The notes under the pieces are model-generated. The model ran no database searches, was not told the origin of the DNA, and worked only from the letters and a program-made list of their open reading frames with translations. The position numbers were made by a program, and so were the translations under genes. Below, piece after piece: positions 41,074 through 49,862 of a stretch of 64,000 nucleotides of DNA; position 1 is the stretch's first letter, and each line of letters begins with the position of its first letter. The DNA is from Candidatus Margulisiibacteriota bacterium. Its GTDB lineage: Bacteria > Margulisbacteria > Marinamargulisbacteria > JBFWNS01. The stretch is from assembly GCA_050250935.1 (NCBI GenBank), contig JBFWNS010000004.1, positions 1-64,000 on the forward strand, given 5' to 3'.

Positions 41074-41197
41074 AAACAAACTTGCCATCTTCCCCCCGCC
41101 TCACACAGCAATTTTTAAAATCGTTGGGCGTAAAGCCAGGGGCAGGTACAACCTGTATCAAACTCAACGGTAAAGCAACACATTTATACATCAACAT
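41042..41197 (-). CDS. Small Cys-containing protein, 51 aa (not in the ORF track)
   Basis: AGGAGG-5 nt-ATG; MLMYKCVALPLSLIQVVPAPGFTPNDFKNCCVRRGEDGKFVFIPPKLPAGC. Confidence 0.5.
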   Translation of the reverse strand: MLMYKCVALPLSLIQVVPAPGFTPNDFKNCCVRRGEDGKFVFIPPKLPAGC

Positions 41198-41225
41198 ACG
41201 GACCTCCTAAAAAGAAAGTCCCCCT

Positions 41226-43121
41226 TTAAAACAACATCATCTGGCCAGGCAAGGGATGGGCATCTTGGGCAACAGCCACAGCCGCAGCGTCCTGAGACAC
41301 AGCCGTTTCCTCAACCACAGGATCTGGTTCCCCTTTAACCAACCGTTCCAATTGGTCGATCAGGCCTTCGATATAATTCAAACTCTTTTGCCAGAAAGCG
41401 GCTTGGGTAATATCCGCACCCACAATCGCCGTAATTTGAACAGGAGAAGCAGAACTACCCATGGCCAACAACGCTTTGTATTTGGGAATAAAGGCCTCGC
41501 CTTCTTCCAAATATTGTTGATACAAGGCCATCACCAACAAATTCCCAAAATTATACGCATACACATAAAAAGGCCATTCAAAAATATGGGGAATAGAGGA
41601 CCATTCCCACTGATATTCCGCTGGCTGAGCCACAGCATCGCCAAACATGTCCTTCAATTGGGCCTTGTAGTGTTCGCACCATTTTTCGGGGCTTTGCCAG
41701 TCGCCTTCGATGGCATTGTGAGCGGCCATTTCGAATTTGGAAAACATGTTTTGTCGGTGGCTGGTGGCAAAAATATCTTCCAGTTTGTCCGTTAAAATCG
41801 CTTGTTTGACCAAAGGATCGGTTTCTTCTTTGAGCAATTTGTCGGTGATGATCATTTCCGCAAACACCGAGGCGGTTTCGGCCAAAGGCAAAATGGGGTG
41901 ATAATTAAACAAACTTTGCTTTTCGCAAAGCATGTCGTGGATGGCATGTCCCAATTCATGGGCCATGGTCGACACATCTCGGGAACGTCCCAAGAAGTTC
42001 AACAACACATAGGGTTTAACATCGGGGGTGGACGACGAACAAAAGGCCCCGCCTCGCTTGGTAGGAGTCACGGGGGCATCGATGCGGTTTTGGTCGAACA
42101 TCAGTTTGGCCATCTCATAAATTTCAGAATCAAAGGCCTTAAATCCATCCAAAACAATGGTTTTGGCTTCCTCATAGCTGAATTTTTTAGAGGCTTGTGG
42201 CATGGGGGCATAGATGTCGGCCAAAGTCATTTCATCCAAGCCCAACAGCTCTTTTTTGAGCCGGTAATACCGCTGAACCAAGGGATAGGAAGCAGTTGTA
42301 ACCTCGTGCAGGGTTTGAACAGTGGTATCGTCCAAATCGTGACCGGTGTTGCGCATGGCAATGGCCGATGAATAACCTCTGAGGTTTTTTTCGATGCTGT
42401 AACTTTTCAAAATATTGTTGAAAATATGGGTCAAAATCAGTTGATTTTCGTCGTATCGGCTAAAAAAGAGGGCCATGGCCTTGCGCCGAACCTCGGGGTT
42501 TTCGTGCTGACGCAGCGCCCGCAACTGAGACCCATTCATTTTTTGGACCTTGCCATCCACTTCAAATTCGAATTGAAAGGAGCTGGTCAGCTCTTCGTAT
42601 AATTTTTTAAAGGCCCCCGAACCAGTCAGGTCCTTGAGGTTGGCCATTTTTTCTTCTTTTTCGCTTAGGTTGTACTGGGCCGTTTTAACCGACATTTGCA
42701 AACTATAGCCATAGGGCAAAAATCCAGGATCAGCACAATGCTGGGCCACTTGTTCTGGAGAAAAAGCCGCCGTTTCCAAGTTAAAAAACAACACCGAATT
42801 GGAAATATGCGATTCTTGCTCGTCCACTTTGGCCACCAGAGCTTTAACAGCTTCGTTGGCGGTGTCGGTTGCAAATACCAAGCCCACGTATTGACTGACC
42901 TTGTACAAAGGCGTCAGCAAGGCTTCCAAAGCACGATAGGCTTCGGTTAATTCGGGGGTGGTCAAATGGGCCAAACGGCCTTTGTAGGTGGCTTCAAATT
43001 GAGTGGCTTTGGCTGCAACGTCGCTCAAAACCTGGCCAATAGCAGGGTCGTCGATGCCCTTAAATAAATCCGATAAATCCCAACGAATGGCCTCTGCGCC
43101 AAAACTGGTTTGTTGTTCCAC
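41226..43121 (-). CDS. pepF: M3B oligoendopeptidase F family
   Basis: WDLSDLF, KRGGAFC, HELGH, AETAS, FYVYAY. Confidence 0.9.
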   Translation of the reverse strand: MEQQTSFGAEAIRWDLSDLFKGIDDPAIGQVLSDVAAKATQFEATYKGRLAHLTTPELTEAYRALEALLTPLYKVSQYVGLVFATDTANEAVKALVAKVDEQESHISNSVLFFNLETAAFSPEQVAQHCADPGFLPYGYSLQMSVKTAQYNLSEKEEKMANLKDLTGSGAFKKLYEELTSSFQFEFEVDGKVQKMNGSQLRALRQHENPEVRRKAMALFFSRYDENQLILTHIFNNILKSYSIEKNLRGYSSAIAMRNTGHDLDDTTVQTLHEVTTASYPLVQRYYRLKKELLGLDEMTLADIYAPMPQASKKFSYEEAKTIVLDGFKAFDSEIYEMAKLMFDQNRIDAPVTPTKRGGAFCSSSTPDVKPYVLLNFLGRSRDVSTMAHELGHAIHDMLCEKQSLFNYHPILPLAETASVFAEMIITDKLLKEETDPLVKQAILTDKLEDIFATSHRQNMFSKFEMAAHNAIEGDWQSPEKWCEHYKAQLKDMFGDAVAQPAEYQWEWSSIPHIFEWPFYVYAYNFGNLLVMALYQQYLEEGEAFIPKYKALLAMGSSASPVQITAIVGADITQAAFWQKSLNYIEGLIDQLERLVKGEPDPVVEETAVSQDAAAVAVAQDAHPLPGQMMLF

Positions 43122-43188
43122 AAAAATCTCCTAACACCGAATTGAATAGGGATTCACTGTAGGCACCGAAGTCGATATTGTCAATTTT

Positions 43189-44235
43189 TTAGCTCGAAGG
43201 ACTCTGTAGAAGGGGCTTAAACACTTTGTCATAAATGTACTGAGCGCCAGCCATGGTTAAAGCAAAACTACCGGCTGTCCGAACAACACGCAACCCAAAT
43301 CCTGAATACAAAGCACAGTCGTGATATGATTTTTTAAACAACCCTATAATGGATTTATCCCGATGAAGCAAACTTTGTAATTTCATAACATCCGCTGGTG
43401 TGGTCACCAGGTTGGCAATCGAAATCGCCAAAAAGGTACTCCAAAGCCGATGGCCTGTATGATCATGATCCACACCAAAAGCACTCCGAACTTCTTGGGG
43501 GACCGTCACCCCCGCAAGGTTGGCAATCAAATCCCTCAACACTAAAAACAAAGCCCCTCGTGATTTTGAAAAGTTTTTATAAACCTGCTTCCAATCTTGC
43601 CCATTTTGCTTGGCAATCTGTATTGCAATAGATTTAAACTCCGCAGGCCCCATAATGGCTGAATCAACCAAGGCCGTCCCAAACCCAGACCAAAACCGAA
43701 TGGATCGATCAGAAAGGTCAGTGTGGTTCCCAAGCAAATCTTTAATCAATTGTTGAAATGTAAATTGAACCACCCGCTGAGGAATTGCCCGGTAAAGAAT
43801 GGGTTGTAGTCCAGAGAACAAATTCAGAGGGACCTTCCCGCCATGGGTAACCGTGCGAAATGCAGCTACAAAGCAAACACCGGTTTGTTGCTGCAACGTT
43901 GCAAGCAACGAAAGCGGATAGGTAAAAGCTGTTGCAAAAACAGCAGGTCCAACAGCAGAAATAGGAACAGCGGCTTTAAGGACGACATCGCGACTAACCC
44001 CCAACCAAGGTGTAACCTCAACCATAGGCACGGATCTACGATCAACATCTTTTTTCCCCGCTTGTATTGCATTTCGGGTAACAACAGATTCTGACTGTTT
44101 TCGTTGAGGCAAAGATCTACGGGAGGAGCCCTCCTGCCCGGCTTGGACTGCGTTTCGAGCCCAAAATGCAGCCAAACCCATTCCGCCTGCAGCAACGCCT
44201 AGCCCTACTCCTATTCGAACCGCTCCTGCTGTCAT
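43189..44235 (-). CDS. Mitochondrial carrier family (SLC25)-like protein with long N-terminal extension
   Basis: YPLSLLATLQQ...LFSGLQPILYRAIP; GPAEFKSIAIQ...RGALFLVLRD; TPADVMKLQ...LYSGFGLRVVR. Confidence 0.82.
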   Translation of the reverse strand: MTAGAVRIGVGLGVAAGGMGLAAFWARNAVQAGQEGSSRRSLPQRKQSESVVTRNAIQAGKKDVDRRSVPMVEVTPWLGVSRDVVLKAAVPISAVGPAVFATAFTYPLSLLATLQQQTGVCFVAAFRTVTHGGKVPLNLFSGLQPILYRAIPQRVVQFTFQQLIKDLLGNHTDLSDRSIRFWSGFGTALVDSAIMGPAEFKSIAIQIAKQNGQDWKQVYKNFSKSRGALFLVLRDLIANLAGVTVPQEVRSAFGVDHDHTGHRLWSTFLAISIANLVTTPADVMKLQSLLHRDKSIIGLFKKSYHDCALYSGFGLRVVRTAGSFALTMAGAQYIYDKVFKPLLQSPSS

Positions 44236-44262
44236 AACCCCATCTCCTCGCAGTTTTTTGAG

Positions 44263-44290
44263 TTATCGCTAAAAACCAAGATTTATTGCA
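44263..44290 (-). promoter_or_regulatory. Sigma28-like promoter motif
   Basis: TGCAA-N15-AGCGATAA. Confidence 0.5.
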
Positions 44291-44411
44291 AAATAAATGA
44301 ATTAACCTTTATTTTTTTGAAAAATAATTTGAATTTTATTTGATTTTTGTAAAAATACTTAAAATACAACCAGGGTCGCAAAACACCTTCATTTTGGGTA
44401 CACTAAAAGCC

Positions 44412-44807
44412 ATGTCCGTAGACCCCACCTTAAAACAGGCCATTTTGAAAGCGTTTCGCTGCCAAAACAGCGGCAATTGTTGTCGCAGAGAAGGCTATGT
44501 TTATGTCGATGCGCCGACCCAAGCCGCCATGGCCAAAAAACTGAATCTGGATCTTCCAACCTTTTTGGAGAGTTATACCGAAACAAAAAATGGGTGGCGG
44601 TTTATTGCCTCCCCCACCTTTCGAAACACTTGTTTTTTAACCTGTGAAAACACCTGCTCCGTGTACGAAGCCCGCCCCAAAATCTGCCAAACCTATCCCG
44701 ATTGGCCAGAAATTTGGGAAAGCGAAGCCAGTCTGCAAGAAGAAGCCGACTCTTGCCCTGGGCTGAAGATGGCCATCGAACAGGTACGCCAAACCCCAGG
44801 TTTTTGA
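44412..44807 (+). CDS. YkgJ/CxxCxxCC family cysteine cluster protein
   Basis: CQNSGNCC, CFL...CSVYEARPKICQTYP, CPG. Confidence 0.88.
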   Translation: MSVDPTLKQAILKAFRCQNSGNCCRREGYVYVDAPTQAAMAKKLNLDLPTFLESYTETKNGWRFIASPTFRNTCFLTCENTCSVYEARPKICQTYPDWPEIWESEASLQEEADSCPGLKMAIEQVRQTPGF

Positions 44808-44824
44808 TATACTGACTCCCCACT

Positions 44825-47299
44825 ATGACAGACAGTAAAAGCGCCACGCATCTGGCCGAAACCCCCATGATGCGCCAATATTTGGCCCTAAAAGCCACCC
44901 AACCCGATGCCATCTTGTTTTTTCGGTTGGGGGATTTTTATGAGATGTTTTTGGATGATGCCAAAATCGCCGCCAAAGAACTGGAACTGACCCTTACCGG
45001 CCGTGGCAAAGACGAAAACCGCATTCCCATGTGCGGATTCCCCCATCATTCGGCCGAAAACCATATTCCCAGGCTCATTGCCAAGGGGTACAAAGTGGCC
45101 ATTTGCGAGCAAACCGAAGATCCTGCCCTTGCCAAAGGCCTTACCAAACGCGAAATTGTTCGAATCATCACCCCGGGTACGGTTACGGCAGGGCAATGGT
45201 TGGAAGAAAAGGACAACAACTACATCGCAGCCGTCCATGCCCTTTCCGACACCCAAAGTGCCCTGGCTTTTGCCGACAGTTCGACTGGGGAATTTGTCCT
45301 GGGTATTTTGGACACCGGCGCTTTGCCTACCCACTTGGAACGATTGTCTGTCAAAGAAGTCTTGGCCGAAACCGACACCCAATTGGGCGACACGTTGTTA
45401 ACCACCACCACCTTTACCACCGCAGCAGAAGCCAAACGGAAACTGGAAACCCATTTTGCCATTCAAGATGTAGCCGCCTTTGGCCTGGACAGCTTAAACG
45501 CAGCTTTACCAGCTGCCTGGGCTTTATTGGACTACCTTAAACAGACGCAAAAAGACGCCGTGGCCCAAATTACCCGCCTGCAACCCCTGGGGGTGACGGC
45601 TGCTTTGGCGATGGACAGGGTCACCATCAAAAACCTAGAGCTAACCGAAAACGCCCAACCCGGCCTGACCAAAACCAAAACCGAAGGCACCTTGTTCGAG
45701 GTTTTGGATTTTACGAAAACAGCCATGGGGGCCCGAAAACTCAAACATTGGCTTAAAGCCCCTTTGTTGGACGAAACCGCCATGAACACCCGCTTGGATG
45801 CCGTCGCCTCGCTTAAAGAAGACCTGCTTTCCCGCGAAGAAATTCGCGATTGTTTGTCGGCTGTTTACGACTTGGAGCGGTTGTTAACCCGCTTGGTTTC
45901 CAGATACAACAACCCTCGCGATGTGATCGCCCTAAAACAATCTTTGGAAGCCATTTTGCCCTTGGGAAGCATTTTGGCCCATCTGTCTGGCTCGCTATTA
46001 ACCGATATGACAGCTTTTTTTGCCCCGTTATCTGACCCAGACAACCCCATCCAAACCCTGATTCGCCTGATCGAAACAGCCATTGTCGACGAGCCTCCCG
46101 TTTCAACAAAAGACGGTGGGGTGATTCGCCCTGGCTTTTCCGAAGAACTTGATGTCTTGGTCTTGTCTTTTAAGAACATCCGGCAATGGATTGGCGCCTT
46201 GGAAGAAACAGAGCGGGCAAGAACCGGCATCAAAAGCCTTAAAGTGGGCTTTAACAAAGTCTTTGGCTATTACATCGAAGTTTCCAACAGCAACGCAGCC
46301 CAAGTGCCCGACAACTACATTCGCAAACAAACCCTCACGGGGGGCGAGCGGTTTATCACCCCCGAACTCAAAGAAAAAGAAACCGTGTTGCTGCATGGCG
46401 AAGAAAAACAAAAACAACTGGAACAACAGCTTTTCGACACCCTCATCGCCACCCTGGCCGAACACACCCGCGACCTTCAAACTTTGGCCGATACCTTGGC
46501 CACCCTCGATGTGCTTCAATCCCTGGCCACTGCCGCTCAAAAAAACAACTATGCCCGCCCCCAATTTGCCCCACAACCTCAACAGGCTTTTACCATGGTC
46601 AATGGCCGACACCCGGTTTTGGAAAAACGCCCAGGCATCACTTTTATTCCCAATTCTTTAACCCTTAGCAAAACCCAAAACCGTTTTGTGCTATTAACCG
46701 GTCCCAACATGGCCGGAAAATCCACCGTCATGCGCCAAGTCGCGTTGTTGGTGGTGATGGCCCAAATGGGCAGCTTTGTTCCTGCAGATGCCCTAACCCT
46801 GTCCCCAGCCGATAAACTGTTTACCCGAATCGGCGCCCTGGACAACCTGTTTTTTGGACAAAGTACTTTTATGGTTGAAATGCTCGAAACCGCCTCGATT
46901 TTAAACAACGCCACCGAAAACAGCCTGGTAATTTTGGACGAAATTGGCCGTGGCACTGCCACCTACGACGGCATGAGCATCGCCGCAGCCGTCAGCGAAT
47001 TTTTGATCGCCGATACCCAGTGCAGAACCCTATTCGCCACCCACTATCACGAACTCACCATTTTAGAAAAACAATTTTCCGCCTTTGCCAACTTCAGCAT
47101 GAAAATCACCGAAGATGGCCACAGCATCGTCTTCGAACACCGCCTGATTCCCGGCCCCGCCGACAAAAGTTATGGCCTACACGTGGCCCAAATGGCAGGC
47201 TTGCCCAACAAAGTCCTCCAAAAAGCCGCCACCCTGCTTAAAACCTACGAAGAAACCAGCCTCAACAAACACAACCATCAGCAGTTGTCGTTGTTTTAA
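44825..47299 (+). CDS. mutS: DNA mismatch repair protein MutS
   Basis: TPMMRQY, GDFYEMF, TGPNMAGKST, DEIGRGT, ATHYHEL. Confidence 0.98.
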   Translation: MTDSKSATHLAETPMMRQYLALKATQPDAILFFRLGDFYEMFLDDAKIAAKELELTLTGRGKDENRIPMCGFPHHSAENHIPRLIAKGYKVAICEQTEDPALAKGLTKREIVRIITPGTVTAGQWLEEKDNNYIAAVHALSDTQSALAFADSSTGEFVLGILDTGALPTHLERLSVKEVLAETDTQLGDTLLTTTTFTTAAEAKRKLETHFAIQDVAAFGLDSLNAALPAAWALLDYLKQTQKDAVAQITRLQPLGVTAALAMDRVTIKNLELTENAQPGLTKTKTEGTLFEVLDFTKTAMGARKLKHWLKAPLLDETAMNTRLDAVASLKEDLLSREEIRDCLSAVYDLERLLTRLVSRYNNPRDVIALKQSLEAILPLGSILAHLSGSLLTDMTAFFAPLSDPDNPIQTLIRLIETAIVDEPPVSTKDGGVIRPGFSEELDVLVLSFKNIRQWIGALEETERARTGIKSLKVGFNKVFGYYIEVSNSNAAQVPDNYIRKQTLTGGERFITPELKEKETVLLHGEEKQKQLEQQLFDTLIATLAEHTRDLQTLADTLATLDVLQSLATAAQKNNYARPQFAPQPQQAFTMVNGRHPVLEKRPGITFIPNSLTLSKTQNRFVLLTGPNMAGKSTVMRQVALLVVMAQMGSFVPADALTLSPADKLFTRIGALDNLFFGQSTFMVEMLETASILNNATENSLVILDEIGRGTATYDGMSIAAAVSEFLIADTQCRTLFATHYHELTILEKQFSAFANFSMKITEDGHSIVFEHRLIPGPADKSYGLHVAQMAGLPNKVLQKAATLLKTYEETSLNKHNHQQLSLF

Positions 47300-47352
47300 A
47301 CCAAATTTGATATAGTTCTCTTAGCACCCTTTTGCTATTTGGGAGTTCGCCA

Positions 47353-47652
47353 TTGATTAATCAACAAGAGATTATCCAACTTATCCACACACACAAAGCC
47401 TTTTTAAAGCAACAATTTGGCTTTAATCATATTTTTTTATTTGGTTCTTTTGCGACAGGAACCGCAACCCTTCACAGCGATGTCGATCTGTTGATCGATG
47501 TGGACAAATCGGCCAAAACCTATTTCAACCTTCTGGCCTCCAAACACTACCTTAAAACCCTATTCAACCGGGACATTGATTTGGTGTATAAAGACTCTGT
47601 TCATCCACTCATTGAACAAGAAATCCAGAATGAACTTATTGAAATTGAATAA
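47353..47652 (+). CDS. Minimal nucleotidyltransferase (MNT) antitoxin
   Basis: FGSFATG...SDVDLL; TTG start after GGGAG. Confidence 0.88.
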   Translation: MINQQEIIQLIHTHKAFLKQQFGFNHIFLFGSFATGTATLHSDVDLLIDVDKSAKTYFNLLASKHYLKTLFNRDIDLVYKDSVHPLIEQEIQNELIEIE

Positions 47653-48061
47653 GAATTTACTCTATTTATTAACTGTTCTTGAAGCCATCGAAAAAATCTG
47701 GATTTATACCCAATCTTTTTCAAATGCGGCGACTTTTTTTGAAGCCAACAATCAAAAAGAATTCAACGCAACCCTGAATCTGCTCATTGCCATTGGCGAA
47801 GAATCCAAAAAAATCGATGCTGAACTCAAACACGCCACATCAACCCTTGATTGGACTGCCATTGCAACCTTGCGAAACGAACTTTCACACAACTACAGAG
47901 GTGTTGATCCAGATATCATTTGGGACATCGTTCAATACCACCTTAACCCCCTAAAACAAGCTTGTCTTGAACTTCTACCAAAGGTAAATCCAGGCACAGA
48001 GATTTTAAATAAAGTTTTAGAATCAAGGTATTATTGTAATATTCAGTATTTGAAAAACTAG
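47630..48061 (+). CDS. HEPN/DUF86 (HepT-like) RNase toxin
   Basis: IGEESK, RNELSHNY (Rx4HxY); paired with MNT. Confidence 0.88.
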   Translation: MNLLKLNKNLLYLLTVLEAIEKIWIYTQSFSNAATFFEANNQKEFNATLNLLIAIGEESKKIDAELKHATSTLDWTAIATLRNELSHNYRGVDPDIIWDIVQYHLNPLKQACLELLPKVNPGTEILNKVLESRYYCNIQYLKN

Positions 48062-48075
48062 CCTAGGCACAAACC

Positions 48076-48105
48076 AAAAACGGAGGACCGAAGCCCTCCG
48101 TTTTT
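48076..48105. terminator. Bidirectional intrinsic terminator
   Basis: AAAAACGGAGG-N8-CCTCCGTTTTT between convergent genes. Confidence 0.8.
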
Positions 48106-48188
48106 CCTGCTCTTTATTTTAAGTTCCCCATCACCTTAAAATGAGCAGATTGACAACCTTGCCGAAGCAAAATTGTAAAGATGCCCCT

Positions 48189-48578
48189 TTACACCGGGAT
48201 ATCATCGTTGCCCCGAATCAACAGATAGACACCGAGTCCAAAAAGAATCAGCGAAAATCCGATGCTGGGCGTCCCATAAACCGGCAAGACGGGTGGAAAA
48301 TGGCCAATCGAGGTCAACAACATCACCCCATACACCAAGGCAATAAAAAGACCAGCAAGCTTAGACCCAATATCCAGGGCATACAACAAACCAACAATCA
48401 GTAATACAGCGGTGATAATTTCAAGCGAAGCGACCACATAGACCATCGAACCCGGCATGGACACGGGCGTGCCCCGAAACAAATGGAAAGAATGTAAAAG
48501 CAGCAAAAGCGATAGCGGAATACGTAGCATAACATGAGCCAAAACTTCCGGACGTAGTAAGTCTGGTAGCTTAATCAT
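48189..48578 (-). CDS. DoxX-like four-helix membrane protein
   Basis: LRIPLS...H, VASLEIITAVLLIVGL; GGAGGTG RBS. Confidence 0.65.
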   Translation of the reverse strand: MIKLPDLLRPEVLAHVMLRIPLSLLLLLHSFHLFRGTPVSMPGSMVYVVASLEIITAVLLIVGLLYALDIGSKLAGLFIALVYGVMLLTSIGHFPPVLPVYGTPSIGFSLILFGLGVYLLIRGNDDIPV

Positions 48579-48649
48579 GGTGCTCACCTCCGTGAGAATA
48601 GACCTATTAAAAGCTGATTAATGCGGACAAACCCATCACCTCCTGTTTC

Positions 48650-48748
48650 TTAGGGATTAATCGCAATCAATCCCAAAATGATGGAAAGAGGGACAAGATA
48701 GAGCTGAATCAAATCCGGAACCATCAAAAAATCACTGTCTGTGTTCAT
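48650..48748 (-). CDS. 32-aa single-helix membrane peptide (not in the ORF track)
   Basis: GAGGTG RBS; MNTDSDFLMVPDLIQLYLVPLSIILGLIAINP. Confidence 0.5.
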   Translation of the reverse strand: MNTDSDFLMVPDLIQLYLVPLSIILGLIAINP

Positions 48749-48808
48749 GCTTATCACCTCTCTCGAGGGGGTTGTACCCACTAAAATCGGGTTTTAAACA
48801 TGATTTTT

Positions 48809-49723
48809 TTAGTCTCTTTTCGAGGCAATCGCCATGGTCAAAGCAGTAAACGCCGTCATCAAAGGCATTCGAAGAAGCGCAGGCGCAGCGCCTCTGTACA
48901 GTTCCCCCACGGCTTGACCAAGTGACTTTCCAGCAAATTTAGACCGAAGCGCACGCCACATATCTTGGATTTTTCCAGTGGATTCCGTAGCCATGATGCA
49001 ACGAACACGTTCAACAGGAAAGGTTGCACAGGCAGATCCAAGCCCAACAGCAGCCCCTTTAGCCGCCGTTTCAAGCTCCCCATCTTCAGAACGCTTTACC
49101 GAGTTCATGCCCCAAACAAACAACGCATTAAACCCAGAATTTCTAAGAAAAACGACACCAGACCCATTAAACAAACTGGGTCCTGTTCGATGCAAAAAAA
49201 CAGACCGAACCCGATCATAACGCCCAATCACAATATCTTGTTTGACCACACTCAGGGGGTTCAAAACCGTCTCGAGCCCGGCCCCAGCACCAACAGTTAG
49301 TACCCAACTCATCAAAGGAGACACCCCTTCAGAATGCCTCTGGACAAGCCCCATGGACCATCCCAACCCCACCGTACGAAACAATCGATTAACAACCGCA
49401 ACACCCACCCCCCTAAACAGTCCTCGTCTCGGAGCAGGGGGAACCTCGCACTGCTTTCGAGTGCTCATCACATCCAGGGGATGCAGCCCCCACGTTGCCA
49501 ACGTGGAAGCAGCACAATATTTGACATAGCGCCCATTTTCTGAATTTAAGAAAGTCTGAACAAGTGTAGGACTATTCATTGGCTGTAAAACTGGTAATCC
49601 TGTTTGAACCAAAGGGGCAACAGTCAAAGAACCCTTTTCTTGCATCGCATGTATCCTGCGGTTCAAATAGCGATCTTCACTAACAGCAATAGCAGAACAA
49701 GCAGCAGAAGCACCCATAAACAT
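48809..49723 (-). CDS. Mitochondrial carrier family (SLC25)-like protein
   Basis: HPLDVMSTRKQ...GLFRG; NPLSVVKQD...SLFNG...FLRN; FPVERVRCIM...ELYRGAAPALLR; start 49723 or 49717. Confidence 0.88.
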   Translation of the reverse strand: MFMGASAACSAIAVSEDRYLNRRIHAMQEKGSLTVAPLVQTGLPVLQPMNSPTLVQTFLNSENGRYVKYCAASTLATWGLHPLDVMSTRKQCEVPPAPRRGLFRGVGVAVVNRLFRTVGLGWSMGLVQRHSEGVSPLMSWVLTVGAGAGLETVLNPLSVVKQDIVIGRYDRVRSVFLHRTGPSLFNGSGVVFLRNSGFNALFVWGMNSVKRSEDGELETAAKGAAVGLGSACATFPVERVRCIMATESTGKIQDMWRALRSKFAGKSLGQAVGELYRGAAPALLRMPLMTAFTALTMAIASKRD

Positions 49724-49755
49724 CCTTTCAAACTTGGCCAACACTTGTTTGAAAG

Positions 49756-49783
49756 TTATCGGGGATTTTCCAATAAAGTTTCA
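49756..49783 (-). promoter_or_regulatory. Sigma28-like promoter motif
   Basis: TGAAA-N15-CCCGATAA. Confidence 0.55.
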
Positions 49784-49862
49784 TCAATATGGCATCGTGA
49801 TTGATGAGAAAAAATTTCAGCTTAGCTTTACAACCTCCCCCTTAACCTTCTATTTTGAGTCC

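Noticed and set aside
47353..48061. MNT-HEPN pair as a novel defence system
   Set aside because: Typical, well-described toxin-antitoxin architecture
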